Source: a virus
IMG/VR virus record: IMGVR_UViG_3300015608_001846
Location: 60,001 to 88,336 of that record
DNA: 28,336 nt
Direction: 5' to 3' (one strand)
A program made the translations under genes and the position numbers. Below, piece after piece: positions 28,334 to 28,336 of the stretch. The notes under the pieces are model-generated. The model did no database searches. It was not told the origin of the DNA and saw nothing but the letters and a program-made list of their open reading frames with translations. Position 1 is the first letter of the stretch, and each line of letters starts with the position of its first letter.

Positions 28334-28336
28334 TTT

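Noticed and set aside
1-28336. CRISPR arrays, tRNA/rRNA genes, and long direct or inverted terminal repeats
   Set aside because: No regularly spaced repeats and no tRNA-like T-arm or anticodon-arm patterns were seen in the few non-coding gaps (7281..7429, 9210..9469, 11984..12014, 23632..23713). Visual inspection cannot exclude short or degenerate elements.

Overview
Phage-like dsDNA segment, about 50% GC by eye. It holds roughly 45 tightly packed genes, all but one or two on the minus strand. Many genes are joined by ATGA/GTGA stop-start overlaps and preceded by Shine-Dalgarno-like motifs, which points to a bacterial host.

Left 7.3 kb: a Pol III alpha (dnaE) gene is fractured into at least four co-linear ORFs.
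- Two complete split inteins, each with a free-standing PD-(D/E)XK-type nuclease gene between its halves.
- A 165-aa ORF consisting only of IntC + a 33-aa extein + IntN.
- An intein-less break occupied by a GC-rich GIY-YIG homing endonuclease gene.
- A further intein that runs off the left edge.
- An Endo VII/HNH nuclease gene just upstream.

The rest of the window encodes:
- Nucleotide metabolism: ThyX-like, Tmk, NT5C-type deoxyribonucleotidase, MazG/dUTPase-like.
- Two DNA methyltransferases.
- An RNA end-healing/sealing set: Pnk, RNA ligase, Pol-beta-type nucleotidyltransferase, metallophosphoesterase.
- Auxiliary genes: UDP-glucuronate decarboxylase-like SDR, Dps-like ferritin, Hsp20, two tandem fatty-acid-hydroxylase-family membrane proteins, a lipoprotein metzincin, another HExxH protein.
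- An HNH endonuclease and many small hypothetical ORFs.

Other points worth a second look:
- A recurring N-terminal motif (M[RK][LM]T..ELR..I[KR]E) in six ORFs, one of which carries an in-frame TAG.
- A run of decayed genes: a frameshifted RNA ligase, a twice-frameshifted GIY-YIG gene, and an OMP-decarboxylase 3' remnant.

No rRNA, tRNA or CRISPR array was recognised. All functional calls come from motif recognition by eye; no database search was possible.
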